This document shows positions 1 to 13,167 of a stretch of DNA of 64,000 nucleotides, in pieces. Every line of letters starts with the position of its first letter. Within the stretch, counting starts at the first letter, position 1. This DNA is from Balanoglossus misakiensis (taxonomy: Eukaryota > Animalia > Hemichordata). The stretch lies in the NCBI GenBank assembly GCA_040954595.2, contig CM082576.2:3198760-3262759 (forward strand), written 5' to 3'. Position numbers and translations under genes: made by a program. The notes under the pieces are model-generated. The model had not been told where the DNA came from and did no database searches. It saw only the letters and a program-made list of their open reading frames with translations.

Positions 1-353
1 TGAAAACTGGGAGGTTGGCCTAGCAGCAGTAGAAGCCTTCCCACGGCCCACTGCTAAATTTGGTAACTACCCCCGGTAACTACCGGTACTTGTGTCAGAC
101 AAGGACTTTTGCGAAGCCTTTTTAAAAGGGGCGTTTCTCGCGTGTTTTTGGTGGACGTACAAGGGTGTTTGTCTTATTTGTCGTTAGATAACGTTTTCTC
201 GTTTCAGTACAGCTAAGTATTATACACTAGGTTTAAGTGAGGTTACTGGGTGAGTCAGAAGTAGACACAAGCCAGACCACAGTCCCGAAATATCTTTAAC
301 TTTTTCGAACTGCGGCGCGACATTCTGCTTTTGTGATAAAGTTTCTAAGTTCA

Positions 354-363
354 GTCACGTGAT
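354..363 (+). promoter_or_regulatory. CLEAR-like E-box upstream of TPC3
   Basis: GTCACGTGAT matches the CLEAR consensus GTCACGTGAC at 9 of 10 positions. It lies about 180 bp upstream of the ATG in a CpG-rich stretch. Confidence 0.45.
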
Positions 364-543
364 CATAGTTAACCTTCAGTGCAACATGGCGTAAAGGGGG
401 TGGAGCTGGCTGGCTGCTTATTTCTGTATGAATTAAGTTCCAAAAAAGTTGCGTGGCGTCAACAGAAAGATGAAGAAACCTTCGATTATTTGACGCATGA
501 TCGTCGTCGAAAGAGAAGAGATTCTTTCAGTAACATACAGAAG

Positions 544-3500
544 ATGTCGACTTCAAACGGAGGCGTTGGAAACGGGCCTCTGGAGTCACCCGGGAGCCGA
601 GAACCAGAGGACCAAACTCAAAGTCCGACAAGTCTGAGACAAACTTCGATAGATGAACTGATCGTTCACGAAGACAACATTTCAGACAGCGGGCTCGGAA
701 ATCTCGAAATACGCGAGAGATCTGTAACTTTTCACAGAGACTCTGAGTCCATTTACATAAATTTGGTGAGAGCCGAAGAGCGGACAGACGAGACCCCCAT
801 AACGCAACTGGTATGTCAACTCTCCCCATTACAAAACCCTATCTCGTTGACACTGATAGCAGATTGGCACTTTGATTTTGCGAGAGAAAAATAAACACAC
901 TTTATTTATATTTAAACGTACGGCGCGTCACATATATTATTTACCACGATTTTGCTGTTGCTAAGTATTTTTTTTTCGAGTCGGAATCTCCTCTCAGTCT
1001 CACGTTAGAGTTTCCCATTTTTAATGGCTCATAAAACTTGTTTTTACTAAATTTCACAGGATATTTATTACCTTTGAAACATTTAAGTGGAGCCCATGTA
1101 CAATCTAAATTCTTCTTTGTTACAGTGTGAGGCTATGATACAATTTGCCCATTATATTACATACGCATGCTTATTATAAGAAAAAAGCTATGCTGAAACC
1201 GACATCTATTCATCAATGGGGACTGGGTCATTGACAATGACTTTGTGTGAGAAGTTATACAATGCATGATTTGCATAAATACTAAAACTTACAGGCTGTA
1301 CATAGCTTGATGACATAACTGCAAGAAATTTAATACATGCCATGAAATGTTTAACAATTTTTACCCGTATACAGTAGAGCTATGATTTGGCATATTTCTG
1401 TTGGGATAATAAAAGGGGAGTAACTTGTCCAAACTACCAAAATAATGCTTGTACAATGTTCCTTGTTTCAGATAAACTGAACTAAATAAAGTGTACTTTT
1501 TCAACAAATTGTCAGAACAAACTATCAGGTTTGAATTTAAATTCTTTAAATGATGCTACAATGGTGCAAAAAGTACACACTAAATATTTGTTCATTTTAC
1601 ATTTTAGGTTTTCAAAATTGTACCATAACTTTGTGATTTATTTTGCAGGATTTAATATTGGCTGCCACTCTTGTTACAGATGCTAAACATTCCCGTCATG
1701 GACATTTCAGACATGAGGAGAGAGAACTTGGGTAAGTATCTTACTTCCGACAAATTCTGAGTGTGAGAACAGCTATATGTATACACTGTGTCTCTCTCTT
1801 TCTGTCTGTCTGTCTATGTGTATGTATATGTGTCTGTCTGTCTGTCTGTCCACATGGTGCAGTGTGTCTGTTGTGCTATGTATTCCATAATCATGATGGG
1901 TGACACCATGACTTCGAATAGACAGCATTGTAAACAAAACTGTATTTTCTTAGTTCTTTTGGTAATGGCACACTTTAATGGCATGCTTGAACTTTGACCT
2001 TTGCTTTTTTCATTTATCAAAGTGGACATGTCTGTAGAAAACAGTGTATTTTGTGTTTACTTCTATTCTGCTGCAGTGATTAGGAATTATGCGTCATCAA
2101 ATCAGTGAAGAATTTCACTAGGAGTTTTGAAACAAAATAACAATTTTGCTTGTCACCATATACATTGCTTCTTAATACTGAGATCCAAAGTCTGAAACCA
2201 TGGTTTTTGACAATTAAATTCCGATAACAAACATGTGTCCAGACAAAACAGGAGATCCGGGGCTGTTTAACAGGATTCAGGATTTAGGTCACAAATTGCA
2301 CATCGTATTTTTAGAATGTCACAGTCACAGCTGTAGTTCAGCACTGGGACGTGCCAGCCACTTGATGGAGATCTCTCAGGCCTTGTCAGTCTTTGTATCC
2401 CATTATGAGTGCAGCAAGATTCATTTCAAATAATTAAAAACAAAACATAATTATGGACCATCGATATGTACATGATAATACTTTGCTTGGTAATAATACA
2501 ATTTATTTTCAATACCCATGTGAAATACATTTATCCTGTATAATTCAGGGGTGTGGTTGATACCAATTAGCATTCCGAGTTTGTCATGTTACAGTTTTAA
2601 AGATTTAAATTTAGGTGAAAATATTGCAGAGAGTCCATGTACTACCTCAGTGTCTAGCAGTCTTACTTTGTCCTGTTATAATGCAAAAACAAACTCTGCC
2701 TGGCCGGAATCAACAATTAATATAATATCATCAGTTTGTTATCATTTTCAGATAAAACTTCTCAGATTGGTAACATATGCAATATTATGTAATGTTTCAA
2801 ACCTGTGACCTGTAGCATATTCCCTCAATCTACAGTATATGCCTGTAGGTGAGATAAAACCCCATTACTGGACTCTGGTATGGCTTATCAAAAAGCCCAC
2901 CTGACCCTCTGTTGACCTAATTATTGATATTATGAGAGATGAAGTTGACAGAGGATAAGCTTTAAAAATAAGATGCATGAATTAAACAAAATCCAAGACA
3001 GAAAATGCGAGTTGTCTCTCGTTGTCTATGGTGTACACGTATAAAATAAAAAAATTGTCAGGACTTCCAAACTCAAAGTCATAATGAGTAACCTAACTTA
3101 TAAAGAATGACAAAGGTCACTGTTTTGATGTCAAAATCTTTGTGTTGATAGAGAGGAGACCTAAGTGGACTTTTCAATATTCCTGTGTAGCAAAAGCTGA
3201 CAATATTTGACATCAGCATATGAACATGGTTAGGTATTTGTCGTTAGAAAGAAAATATTTTTATGCACCCTATAGTGTATAAAACAACATTTTAAAAAAG
3301 CACCTACCCTGGGTTATATCGATGTAATAAAATATTGATTCAACGTATATTATCCACAAAAGTTTATAGCTATCAGCAGCCTATTTCCCAAAGCACGAGT
3401 ATGATAATGGTTACCTTTTTTTCTTTGCAGACTATATAATTTATATAACCATTGGGTGTTACGGTGGACAGTATATTTTTTCATTGCCCTTATTCACTGT

Positions 3501-6500
3501 CTTGCTTTATTTGAGATCCCAGCTGTTCCGATACTAGAGTTGCCATACTGGGTAAGTCATGTAGCTGCTGTGTTTCTCAATATTTGAATGTTTTTGAACA
3601 TCAAATAATTCAGTACACTGTACAGGGTGAACCCTCCGCAAACTTTCCACGTTCCAAAGAATTCATTCATTCATTCATTCATTCATTCATTCATTCATTC
3701 ATAATTTACATGTCACACTTATATACAGATGTGGTGCAGTTGTTGTCTTAGGTACACTGAATGATGCTGCTGATTGCAAATGAAGGATTTCAAGTGAAAT
3801 ATTAGAATGAAAGATCCAAAAGGCAGAAAGTGCCCTCAAACGATGGATCACCCATTTGTTGCAAGTTTCTTATATTCTTTAATTTGACAGGCCACCATGC
3901 TAATAGAGTTAGTCTGCCTAGCTGCTTTTACTGCGAGAATGGTCCACTCAAAGATGTTCACATCTGGAATCAGGTGGTGGAACGATTTGAAAAATTTGAT
4001 TGTCATAGGAACTATTGCTGTAAGTAATGTTGTTGATGTTGTTGTTGACTAGAATATCTGCCAAAAACTTAAACATCACCCCAACTTCACCATCACATGC
4101 TATCTTGGAAAGGATCAATGAATGTGCCATGGCAACATTACAAATGTAAACTGACGTTTAAATTATATGTCAAAGTCCCAAAACTAACACACAATATTTC
4201 TTCTGTTTGACTTGACTTTGACAGTTGACGCTCCTGGACATGATTTTGTACATATGCTTGATAGAGAGCGGTATTGCCATGGTCAGGTGGTCTCGTATAC
4301 TGAGACCCCTCTTTATGATCAATATTTCAGAAGGAAGACAGGTAAGAGCTAACACAGGGTGGGTTAGAGTAACAAGTTTGGATTGGTTTGTACGTAGCAG
4401 TAGCATCTATAGCAATATGAGGTGTTGAAGACAACAGATATACCATGTGAATCTTTCAGCAGTGTAGACCGAAAGAATAGCCGTCTTGAAATGTTTAATT
4501 CTCATTCACTCAGTGATTGTTTCTTCTGTTTTTGTAGATACGACGGGCTTTCCGCAACATCAGAAGAACAATACCAGATATTGTTATTGTCCTTATTTTG
4601 TTTTTCACTTTAATTGCATTTTTTGCACTTATGGCTTTAAAAATGTTTGACACAAGGTGAGTTGATCAGGAAAGGATTTTGAAGACAACATACATTCATA
4701 GAGACAAGTGAAATTCAGCTAAAGTATTACTTATTCTATAGTGAAAATTTTACATCTGATATGATGGGTCATTGATGTGAAAAAGGGAGAGAAAAAAATT
4801 TAAACAGTTTTGCAGCAATGATAGCATGTGTATGGATTTTAATTTTACAATGATTGATGTTAATCAGCACAATTACATACAGTTATCAACCAATCTTGAG
4901 TAACTGTATAATGAACAATGTACTTTAAAACACTGTTAAGTTTTTGAGACCATCATATGTCATACTTGGTGATTTTCCCCCACAGAGGTCTGAAAACCAG
5001 GTTTGGAACTCCTTACATGTCCAATTACTGGGATAATTACTATGAGCTTTATGTTTATGTAACAACAGCAAACAGCCCTGATATCATGTAAGTCTACAAA
5101 ATTGCCATCTCATCAACTTAGAAATGTAGTACACAGTTTTTTCTTATTGTCGCCTCTCAATTAATGCACAGAAAGTATGAAACAGCCTGATACAAAAAAT
5201 TGGCATAATAGGGATGTTAGAGTGAGTCTAATTTCTCAATCCCATCCGTGTATAACTGTATCACAAATTCTTTAATTGTTTACTCGTTTGTTTTACAGGA
5301 TGCCTGCTTATGATTACAACTACCTGTTCTGTTTGTTCTTCATTACCTATTTGATACTTTGCATGTATGTATTCATGAGTGTGATTTTGGCTGTCATTTA
5401 CAACAATTATAGAAAGAACCTCAAGGTAAGATAGTCTCTCTTTACTAGACGATCATCATGAGCATTTTGTTGTTCACAGATTTTGGTAAACAAGATATCA
5501 AGTGTGTTTTGTGAGACAAATGTATTTGATTCAGATAATCAACTATTGGTTAAATAGAAGTTTCAAATACAGAATCAGTATTTTAAACGTTTCATGCAAG
5601 TGCATGTACTTCATGGTGCCAACTTGCTGGAGAGTGCCGTCATACCAAGAATCTTGCAAATGCAAACACGAGTTTTAATAATATTACATCAAGATGTATG
5701 CTTTCATGCAACTTTGGCCTTGTGTTGCGAATTTTCACCTTTGAATAAAATCCTTCTGTTTGTCCAGACGGAAGTGCAGCAATCGGTCTTCCAGAGGCGT
5801 CGTACGCTGTCCCAGGCTTTTGACCTCTTGAAAATTTGTGTCAATGGCACTTTTGTCATCACCAAGAGAAGATTTTTTGCCGTGATGAAAATTGTGTCGA
5901 CAAGCTACAGCCAAGCTGTGATGACCATTCTCTGGAGAGTGCTTGATGAAGACAACGATGATATGATCTGTAAGTCTGGTATGACCTGGGTCTTCGGGTA
6001 GATCAGCATATTTTGAGGTTGTCTGTTATTTATTTCATTTACATTATGTGTTTCATCCAAGGTGGGATAGAAAAAAGGAACTGGTGTGTTGTTGTTGGTT
6101 GTTGTTGTTTTGTTTTTGTGTTGTTGTTGTTTTTTTTGGGGGGGGGGGTAGAAAGTACTGCCCTATAATTGAGCGAAAATTCATGTTGCTATGTATATTT
6201 TTTTTAAGCCAAAAGAGAATTTCTGAGGATGCATGATTTGTTGAATGTTCCACTTCTGGAAGAAAAAGACCAAAAGACGTTCCTAGAGAGGCACTTTCCT
6301 AGCATGTACTTATCGAATGTAAGCCTTTGGGTACAAAGAGTTGTCCTACACCCGTAAGTATTTGATATGAATGGATTTTTTGTTGTAAAATTGTCGTCTT
6401 TTTCCTTGTCACACTGCCTATTTTTTGTGTTGATTGAACTGCAGACTAAACAGAAGTCCATTATCAACTTCATGAATCTGACACTCACGTCTTGTGGGTA

Positions 6501-9500
6501 AAACTTAGACAGCAGACTTGGCTAGGCTCATCTACAAACTTTTTGGTGTTTGCAGAATTTTCCACTGGGTGTTTGATGGACTAATCGTACTAAACGCGTT
6601 CTTCATCGGACTTGGCATCGAGGAAGCAGATTGGTTCTTCTTGACTATCTTCTCGCTTGAAATCATCTTGAAGTTGTACGTCTTGGGAGGCAGAGAGTTC
6701 TTCCGCAGAGTGTGGAATGTGTGAGTATAAAGAATGGCAGTTTCAGTCTTTCTGTTTACAGAGCAATGGAAAGCGACATTTTAAACTCAGTCAGAGATGT
6801 ATACTTCACAATCACAGTGTAGCTGAAAAGAACAACATATATATACTTGTCACGTCAAACACAAGAAACCAAAATAACATAAATTATGCAGATGTTTTCC
6901 TCTCCTAATCTGCAAGTGCACCATTTCTTCTCCTAAAACCGGGCCGGTATCTGTCCGCATCTCAATTCTTGATCTATCAGTACTATATATTCTGTGGTAT
7001 GGCTTCTTAAAATCTTTGCTCTTAACTTCTCTACTTCTCCTTCTTCAGGTTTGATTTTGTGGTTATCTTTAGTGCTGTCATCCTCAGTATTATTGAGTTC
7101 ATTGTCATTGACGATGGTTAGTATTGGCCTGCCTAACAGCTCTTCTATCACTCTTTGACACTTGCATTGTATATGGTAGCTACTTTCTAGCCTTAATGTA
7201 TTTTTAGTGTCTGTTGACTTGAATTGATCCATGAAAATTTCTTGATGAAAAAAGCCAACCAAGCAAACAGCTGGTAAATTGCAGTGATTTACCTGTGATG
7301 ACACAGATTGAATTGGTTGTTAATGCCTGTATAAACCCATTCAAAACCAGCAAGAACAGACCGTCAACAGTCTCAATTGTTTGGTGACCATACCAGTCAC
7401 AGCGCCACCCAGAGGACAGGTGTGAAATATTAGAGGCTTCTCATCACTTTAGCATCCTAGGTGGACACATTTGGTCAGGTTTTGCCATACTGTGTCATTG
7501 ATTTCTGGAATTCAGATGACCATACATGTAGTAATTATCTGTCTTTTTTCAGTGGTCATTATTGAACAGACACTGGATGTTCTTCTTGTGCTGCGTGTGT
7601 TCCGACTCTTCAAACCACTTGGCAATATCAAACAGTGAGTGCTAGGAATTGAATGCTTGTTTAAACTCTATATACATGTGTATTGCATTTAATTTTAAAT
7701 CACAAGTCTTCAAAATTAAATAGTAGGGTTATATTTTGGATGTAATAAGAGTGTGTGTATTATATACTGTATTATCTCACAACGATTATACGCCTTTACC
7801 AACACATTGTTTTGTTTTGATTCTCACACGCATACTTTCCACATTGCAGGTTCCAAATGTTCATCCTGACATTGAGTAACATTATACCGTCCTTGCTCAT
7901 ATATGGAGCAGTCATATTCGTAAGTGCAGTCATCTTGATTTCACACAAGCAAGGTTTCGTCTTGACTGGGGGGATTGCAGGATCCATGCAATTTCAGATC
8001 CACACAAATTAGTATATTCCATGCAGTTATTGTTTGAGACTGAAACCAGATGAAGCCATTGTGATGTCACTGGATCTTATTTTCTAGGCCTTTCACCCCT
8101 TGAAGACTCATGCACTGTTTTTCCCCCACCAGGTTTTCTATTACATGTTTGCTATCCTGGGCATGGAGATCTTCAGTGGGCTCTTCGACTACTACGGCTA
8201 CCCAGACGAAAATGTCACCCTGCCAGAGGAGCACATGTACTGCGGCAATGAAAAGCTGAAGGACTCTCAATTTTGGGAAATGCGGTATTGCAACAACAAC
8301 TTCAACGACATTCTGCGGTCGTTTGTTCTGTTGTTTGAACTGATGGTGGTTAACCAGTGGCATAATATCCTTTGCAGCAAATACACTGATTGGTTTCTGC
8401 TCTGACTAAAAATTTCTGCCCTGTAAATCGTCTGCGTAAATCTCACCAAACAAAAGTTGTTACATTCCATGTTAATGTTGATTTTTGTGGATTTCAGTTA
8501 TTGGTTCTAAGATGCTGTATGGTTTTTGTGAAAGTATGAGTTTATGATCGAGTTGTGACATCTGCTCACAAGTTAGTTCAAGTGCATACAGTGTCTGTTC
8601 CCTGCATATTTTGCTTAACAACTTTGTCCACTTCTAGCATCAGGCTACGAGCTGACAACATCCAAATGGGCAAGACTTTACTTTGTCTGCTTTCACATCA
8701 CAGTTGTCATCATCATGATGAAGTAAGTATCTACTCCTGTTTTGTAAACTATCTTGAACTTGCCATTTAGGTTCCTTTGGTTGGTGTTTGCCATTAAAAA
8801 TATATGTCTGCAAAATAACCACCAATTTTTCTCACTTTTTTGCAGTATTTTTGTAGCCTTTGTGTTGGAAGTGTTCATTCTGCGATATTCTCTCAACGTG
8901 TCAGGTAAACACACCACTGCCATTGAAAAGAAGATTTCTGAAATGGGTTTCAACCTGGATCGGTATGTCATCTTAATCCAATTCATCCAATGGAAATGAA
9001 TGTTTCGATTTTTGTGTAACTAACTTGAAACTGCAATTGACTCCCTGATGAACTTTGAACCTGTTGCCTGTTGATTGTTCCAGAGTCATCCGTTAGTTTC
9101 ATGTAAATTGCAAGCCTGACTGGAAAACAATGTATCCAGGCACGCTACTATACAGACAATAACAAATATTTGATGTTTTAATTTCAAGCATTTATTTTGC
9201 TTTGTGCAACAACTGCTGCAGTTTCTTGTTCCCGCTTAAGGATATTTAAATGCCAAGTGTTCAGCTTGTCAACAAAGCATCTCGTCTGAAAATATTATCA
9301 AAAGTTGCAGCTACTCTCCCTTACAATATACATGACAATGTCATGAATCCTGTGAATCTTACGTGTTATTTCTTCCTTACAAAGTAATGCCTATGACACA
9401 TTGGTGGCAGTGCAACTAAAGAGAAGAGAAGACAGGCAAGGACAAACAAACAAAGTGGAATGCGACATTCCACACTAACTGATACACAAAATGGCTTAAT

Positions 9501-11139
9501 GGCTGGATGTTATTTTTCACTAAATCTTATTTCTGTAATTCTTGTGTAATTCTTGTGTCTCTGTTCTTCATAATGGTAACACTTGTTGCTAGATAGTGAT
9601 ATTTTAGTATCTAATCTTTCCTGCACCACCACTTTCTCTGTATGTGTGCATGCACTCTTGGTGCTCCTGGTCGCAACCACAAATTTCCCATTGCAAACCC
9701 ATCCTACAATTTCCATTACCCGACGCATGATTGGGTCTTGTGAACTCCCACCCTGCAGCACCAATTACCTGACAAGTGATTGGTTGTTGCCGTGGTATTT
9801 CCTGGAGTGTGACGTGCCCCCAGATTGGCAAATGTTGTAAAAGGGAGTGGGTACAACTGCATGGATTTGAATGGGAAAATGTCATACAGTAGACAACAAG
9901 TGGTGACGACTTCAATTGCAAGAGCACAGAACACCTTTCTTGTACATGTACTTGTAAAATTACTTTCGAATTCTCCTCAGGTGATGTAACCCTTGATGTT
10001 GTACTAAAACTTATATTGGGATATTAATTTTTCTCACAACTCTAATCCTATACTTTTATTGTATTTAATATGTAAAGTTTAGTAATTTTGATAATCATAA
10101 CATAATTATTAATATTATTTTAAAGAATTACAGCAGAATTATTACCATGTTTAACCTATTTTTATGTGATGGGCTAGTCTTTCCTTATAAATATTTTGAA
10201 ATCAGTCACATTTAGCGTTCTTTTCGCACCCTGATCATTGTAGGTGGACCAATAGCAAAAATGATCGTGAAACCATCAAATGTTCATTTTGCAGTCTTTG
10301 AACAAAAATGCTACTTGTGCTCATATATCTACCACCATCATGAGGTTAGAAAGAGCGCCATCAAGTGATATGATTACAAATACCTTCGTCCACTACTCTT
10401 ATTTTCATCAGTGCTTTTCTGGGGCAGAAAAGCCAGGTTGTGGGGCCAAATGTGACAGATTCCCTCTCTATGTCCTTCTAGAGAGTAATAATGTAACCTG
10501 TATTTTTTTTCCAGGAGTAGGGAGAGAAAGAGAAGGCATGGTGATGAGAACATGTTGGTAGAGAATATGGAGCAAGACATTGATGAAACAGAAATTGACA
10601 GCATTGAGCCCACTTTGCGATTCAGGCTCTCAAAGAGTGGTAAGTTGCACCAGCGCAGGATATACACTTGAAAGTCCAACTCTTTTTTTTAAATGCAGAT
10701 CAAAATTAATTAGCCCTGTCTACTGATGCATTATAAATTGCATTTTTTCAATACAAGTACAGTCAAAGCTGTGTGAGTGGCCACCTCTATATAGTGGCCA
10801 CTTTGTTACAGTCCCTGTACAATTAACATGTACATTAATTGACCTGTCTATAAAGATCACCTGCCTATAAAGGCCAGTTTAGGAAAGTTCCTTGACTGGC
10901 CACTATTGACAGGTTTTACTGTATGCTTCACTCAATTCAGTCTTTTTTTAAACTGATACAAAATTCTTGCTGTTTTTTTCACAGGCGCCAAGAACGTGGA
11001 AGTTCTTCTACAGCAGCTGTTCGAACATGAGCTAGAAGATGACCTGGAAGAGAACCTTGGACCAAACATTGAAGATCTGGAATTCATGCCACAACAGGAT
11101 ATCCTGCCATCCCCACTGAGACTCGATAATATCACTTAG
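544..11139 (+). CDS. TPCN3: Two-pore channel 3 (TPC3), 19 coding exons, 838 aa
   Basis: Exons: 544-810, 1649-1731, 3431-3551, 3891-4019, 4225-4341, 4538-4656, 4986-5087, 5299-5425, 5768-5969, 6209-6353, 6556-6720, 7049-7116, 7553-7634, 7850-7919, 8133-8364, 8632-8722, 8846-8962, 10515-10639, 10985-11139. They total 2517 nt, stay in frame and end in TAG. Two 6TM repeats: IS4 VRWSRILRPLF, linker IRRAFRNIRR, pore 1 YVYVTTANSPDIMMPAY, IIS4 VLRVFRLFK, pore 2 FELMVVNQWHIL. The TTANSPD and VVNQW filters are TPC3-type (TPC1 and TPC2 have VVNNW). Confidence 0.93.
3661..3702. repeat. (ATTC)n microsatellite, about 10 units
   Basis: Read directly, in TPC3 intron 3. Confidence 0.95.
8365..8631 (+). other. 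U12-type (minor spliceosome) AT-AC intron of TPC3
   Basis: The 5' end is ATATCCTTT at 8365, the branch site is TTGCTTAAC at 8611-8619, and the 3' end is CAC at 8629-8631. Removing it joins VVNQWH to ILASGYELTTSKWARLYF in frame. Confidence 0.92.
10760..10921. mobile_element. Tc1/mariner/pogo-type MITE in the last TPC3 intron
   Basis: TA|CAGTCAAAGCTGT...ACAGGTTTTACTG|TA: imperfect TIRs starting CAGT, flanking TA duplication, 162 bp, non-coding. Confidence 0.7.
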
Positions 11140-13167
11140 TTACAGTTGTCGTGACAACGCAAAGCTTAAACCACAGAGATAAGTGATGTTTTCATACCGG
11201 CTGTGTCCGTTTTGTGAAGCGTTGTGTTCACATTCAGAGACGGGTCCAAAAGGAAAGTCACTAGTTGGATCTGATTAAGTTTGAGGTATACTAGTATATA
11301 TGTATCTACTTCTGAATGTACCAGGGTTGTAATTTCATTTCTTTTGAAAACTTGCAAAACAAACAAATCATACAAACGACCTAACAACAGACCCATGTCA
11401 CTGTTCAGTGCATTTAGCTGGAACGAAACAAACAAGGAATTACAAAATAAACAAAACATATATGAATGCTGTAACTGAACATCTGGTAAATGTTAAACAG
11501 AATTTTTATATTACAAATACTTCTGGTTGTTCAAACACTCTGACAGTTGTTGACAAAAGAACAAAACAAAACAAAATACACCAAACCAAACCAAAACAAA
11601 ACAAAAATAAAAAAGCTAAAAAGCAAGGACTCATACATGTCCATCATTTGCATCTATCATCTTTTTACACAATGTTCTATCGCAAATACAAACCTAAAAT
11701 GTACTTTGAGTACTAACTTGGAGACAGGGCTTTGTCGAGCCTGTCCAAACTCTTTTTCTTTCATATTTTTACCTTTCATATCAGCCATGGAAATATAAGT
11801 ACACTTCCATTTTTTCCAGTGTTTATATGTAAAGTAAGACAAATTGAGAATTAGAATCAATTGGATTCTGTCGACTCTTTTTGTTCTTAACGATTTATTT
11901 GAAAGTGGACTTGCTGTTGTAGCTGACTACTTGTCTGTATAAAGCCCAAACTGTATTGTGATTCATTGTAATAAACTAGTATCTATCACAACATTTTCAC
12001 CGAAAGATTTTGAGTAATCAATGACAATGAAGGTAAACTGTAATTTTATAAATCCCTGAGTTTTGGAATGTATTTTGAATAGAATTTGTGCTATGATTCA
12101 GCATATGAAACTAATGAAATGTTTAAACATTTTCCTTTTCTTTATTTTTAAGTTTGTATTTCTGAATATGATGAATTGATTATGTTATGAACTGTTCTGT
12201 ATTTGGTAAATATTATCAACATTTCTTTCTGTAAAGGTGAAGATTCGTGTGCTACAATTTTGACTTTATCGTTAATGTGTTTAATAAATTGATGCTCTCA
12301 ACAATACTGAGCAGATTGAACTGAACTGATTGGCAATTCTCAAATGTGATTAAATGTTGCCATGGAAATCAATGCCTCGTGTTATTGGTTATTTCACAAT
12401 ATTTTAATATGTGCATCTTCTAACAAACATAATTTTCAAACTTTTTACGAATGAGGCAACATGAGCGCCCTCCTCCTGTATGCCACTAGAAAAACAAAAG
12501 AACTTCTGTGTTCACCATCGGTGGTGCCTGAAACTAGTTTGGGGGTGTGGTCATGGTCGTCTGATAACCAAATGGATTTGTGATTGGCTATAAAATCCCC
12601 ACTGACTGTGGTTAAATTTGCATATGTGAACGTGTACCCTTAATACAGGTTTGAATGTAACATAAATCGCTCCAGAAATTGCACAATGCTCCACGTCTTT
12701 CTCTCTTGGTAAAGACTGGTAGATGTACATCTGTTAACTTAATTGGCCTTTATATGATATTGCTGATAACCATCCAGGAGTGTACATGTAGATAACAGCT
12801 GCAGGTAGCCAGCAAATAAAATAATTACTATGCCTTTTCTGACCAACTATTTCTTTTTTGGAATACATGCCAAAATTCCTGCTAAAGAACAATTCTTGAT
12901 TATAGCCAACTTGTGTTGTACACTACTGGCCCCTTTTGATACTTATACACCAATTTTCTGTGTGAAATTTCAATTTTGGGGTTATCTATACAAACGTATT
13001 CTCTTCCTCTTTTGCTATTTTATGGATAATATGTAGGCTATTTAGTCCAGACAGACACTTGGAAAGTTTGTGTACCCTCTTGTTGCACAGAAAGACCATG
13101 ACCAAGTCATTTTGCCATTGACTTCTGTCTTGGCGTAAAGTGCTGTATCTATCATTAATAAAGAAGG

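Noticed and set aside
379-894. 171-aa ORF as a stand-alone gene
   Set aside because: It begins at a GTG. Only 544-810 is coding (TPC3 exon 1); the rest is 5'UTR and intron.
9510-9934. Overlapping ORFs in TPC3 intron 17 as an extra exon or nested gene
   Set aside because: The acceptors I tested lead to immediate in-frame stops, exons 17 and 18 already join in frame, and no protein family was recognisable.
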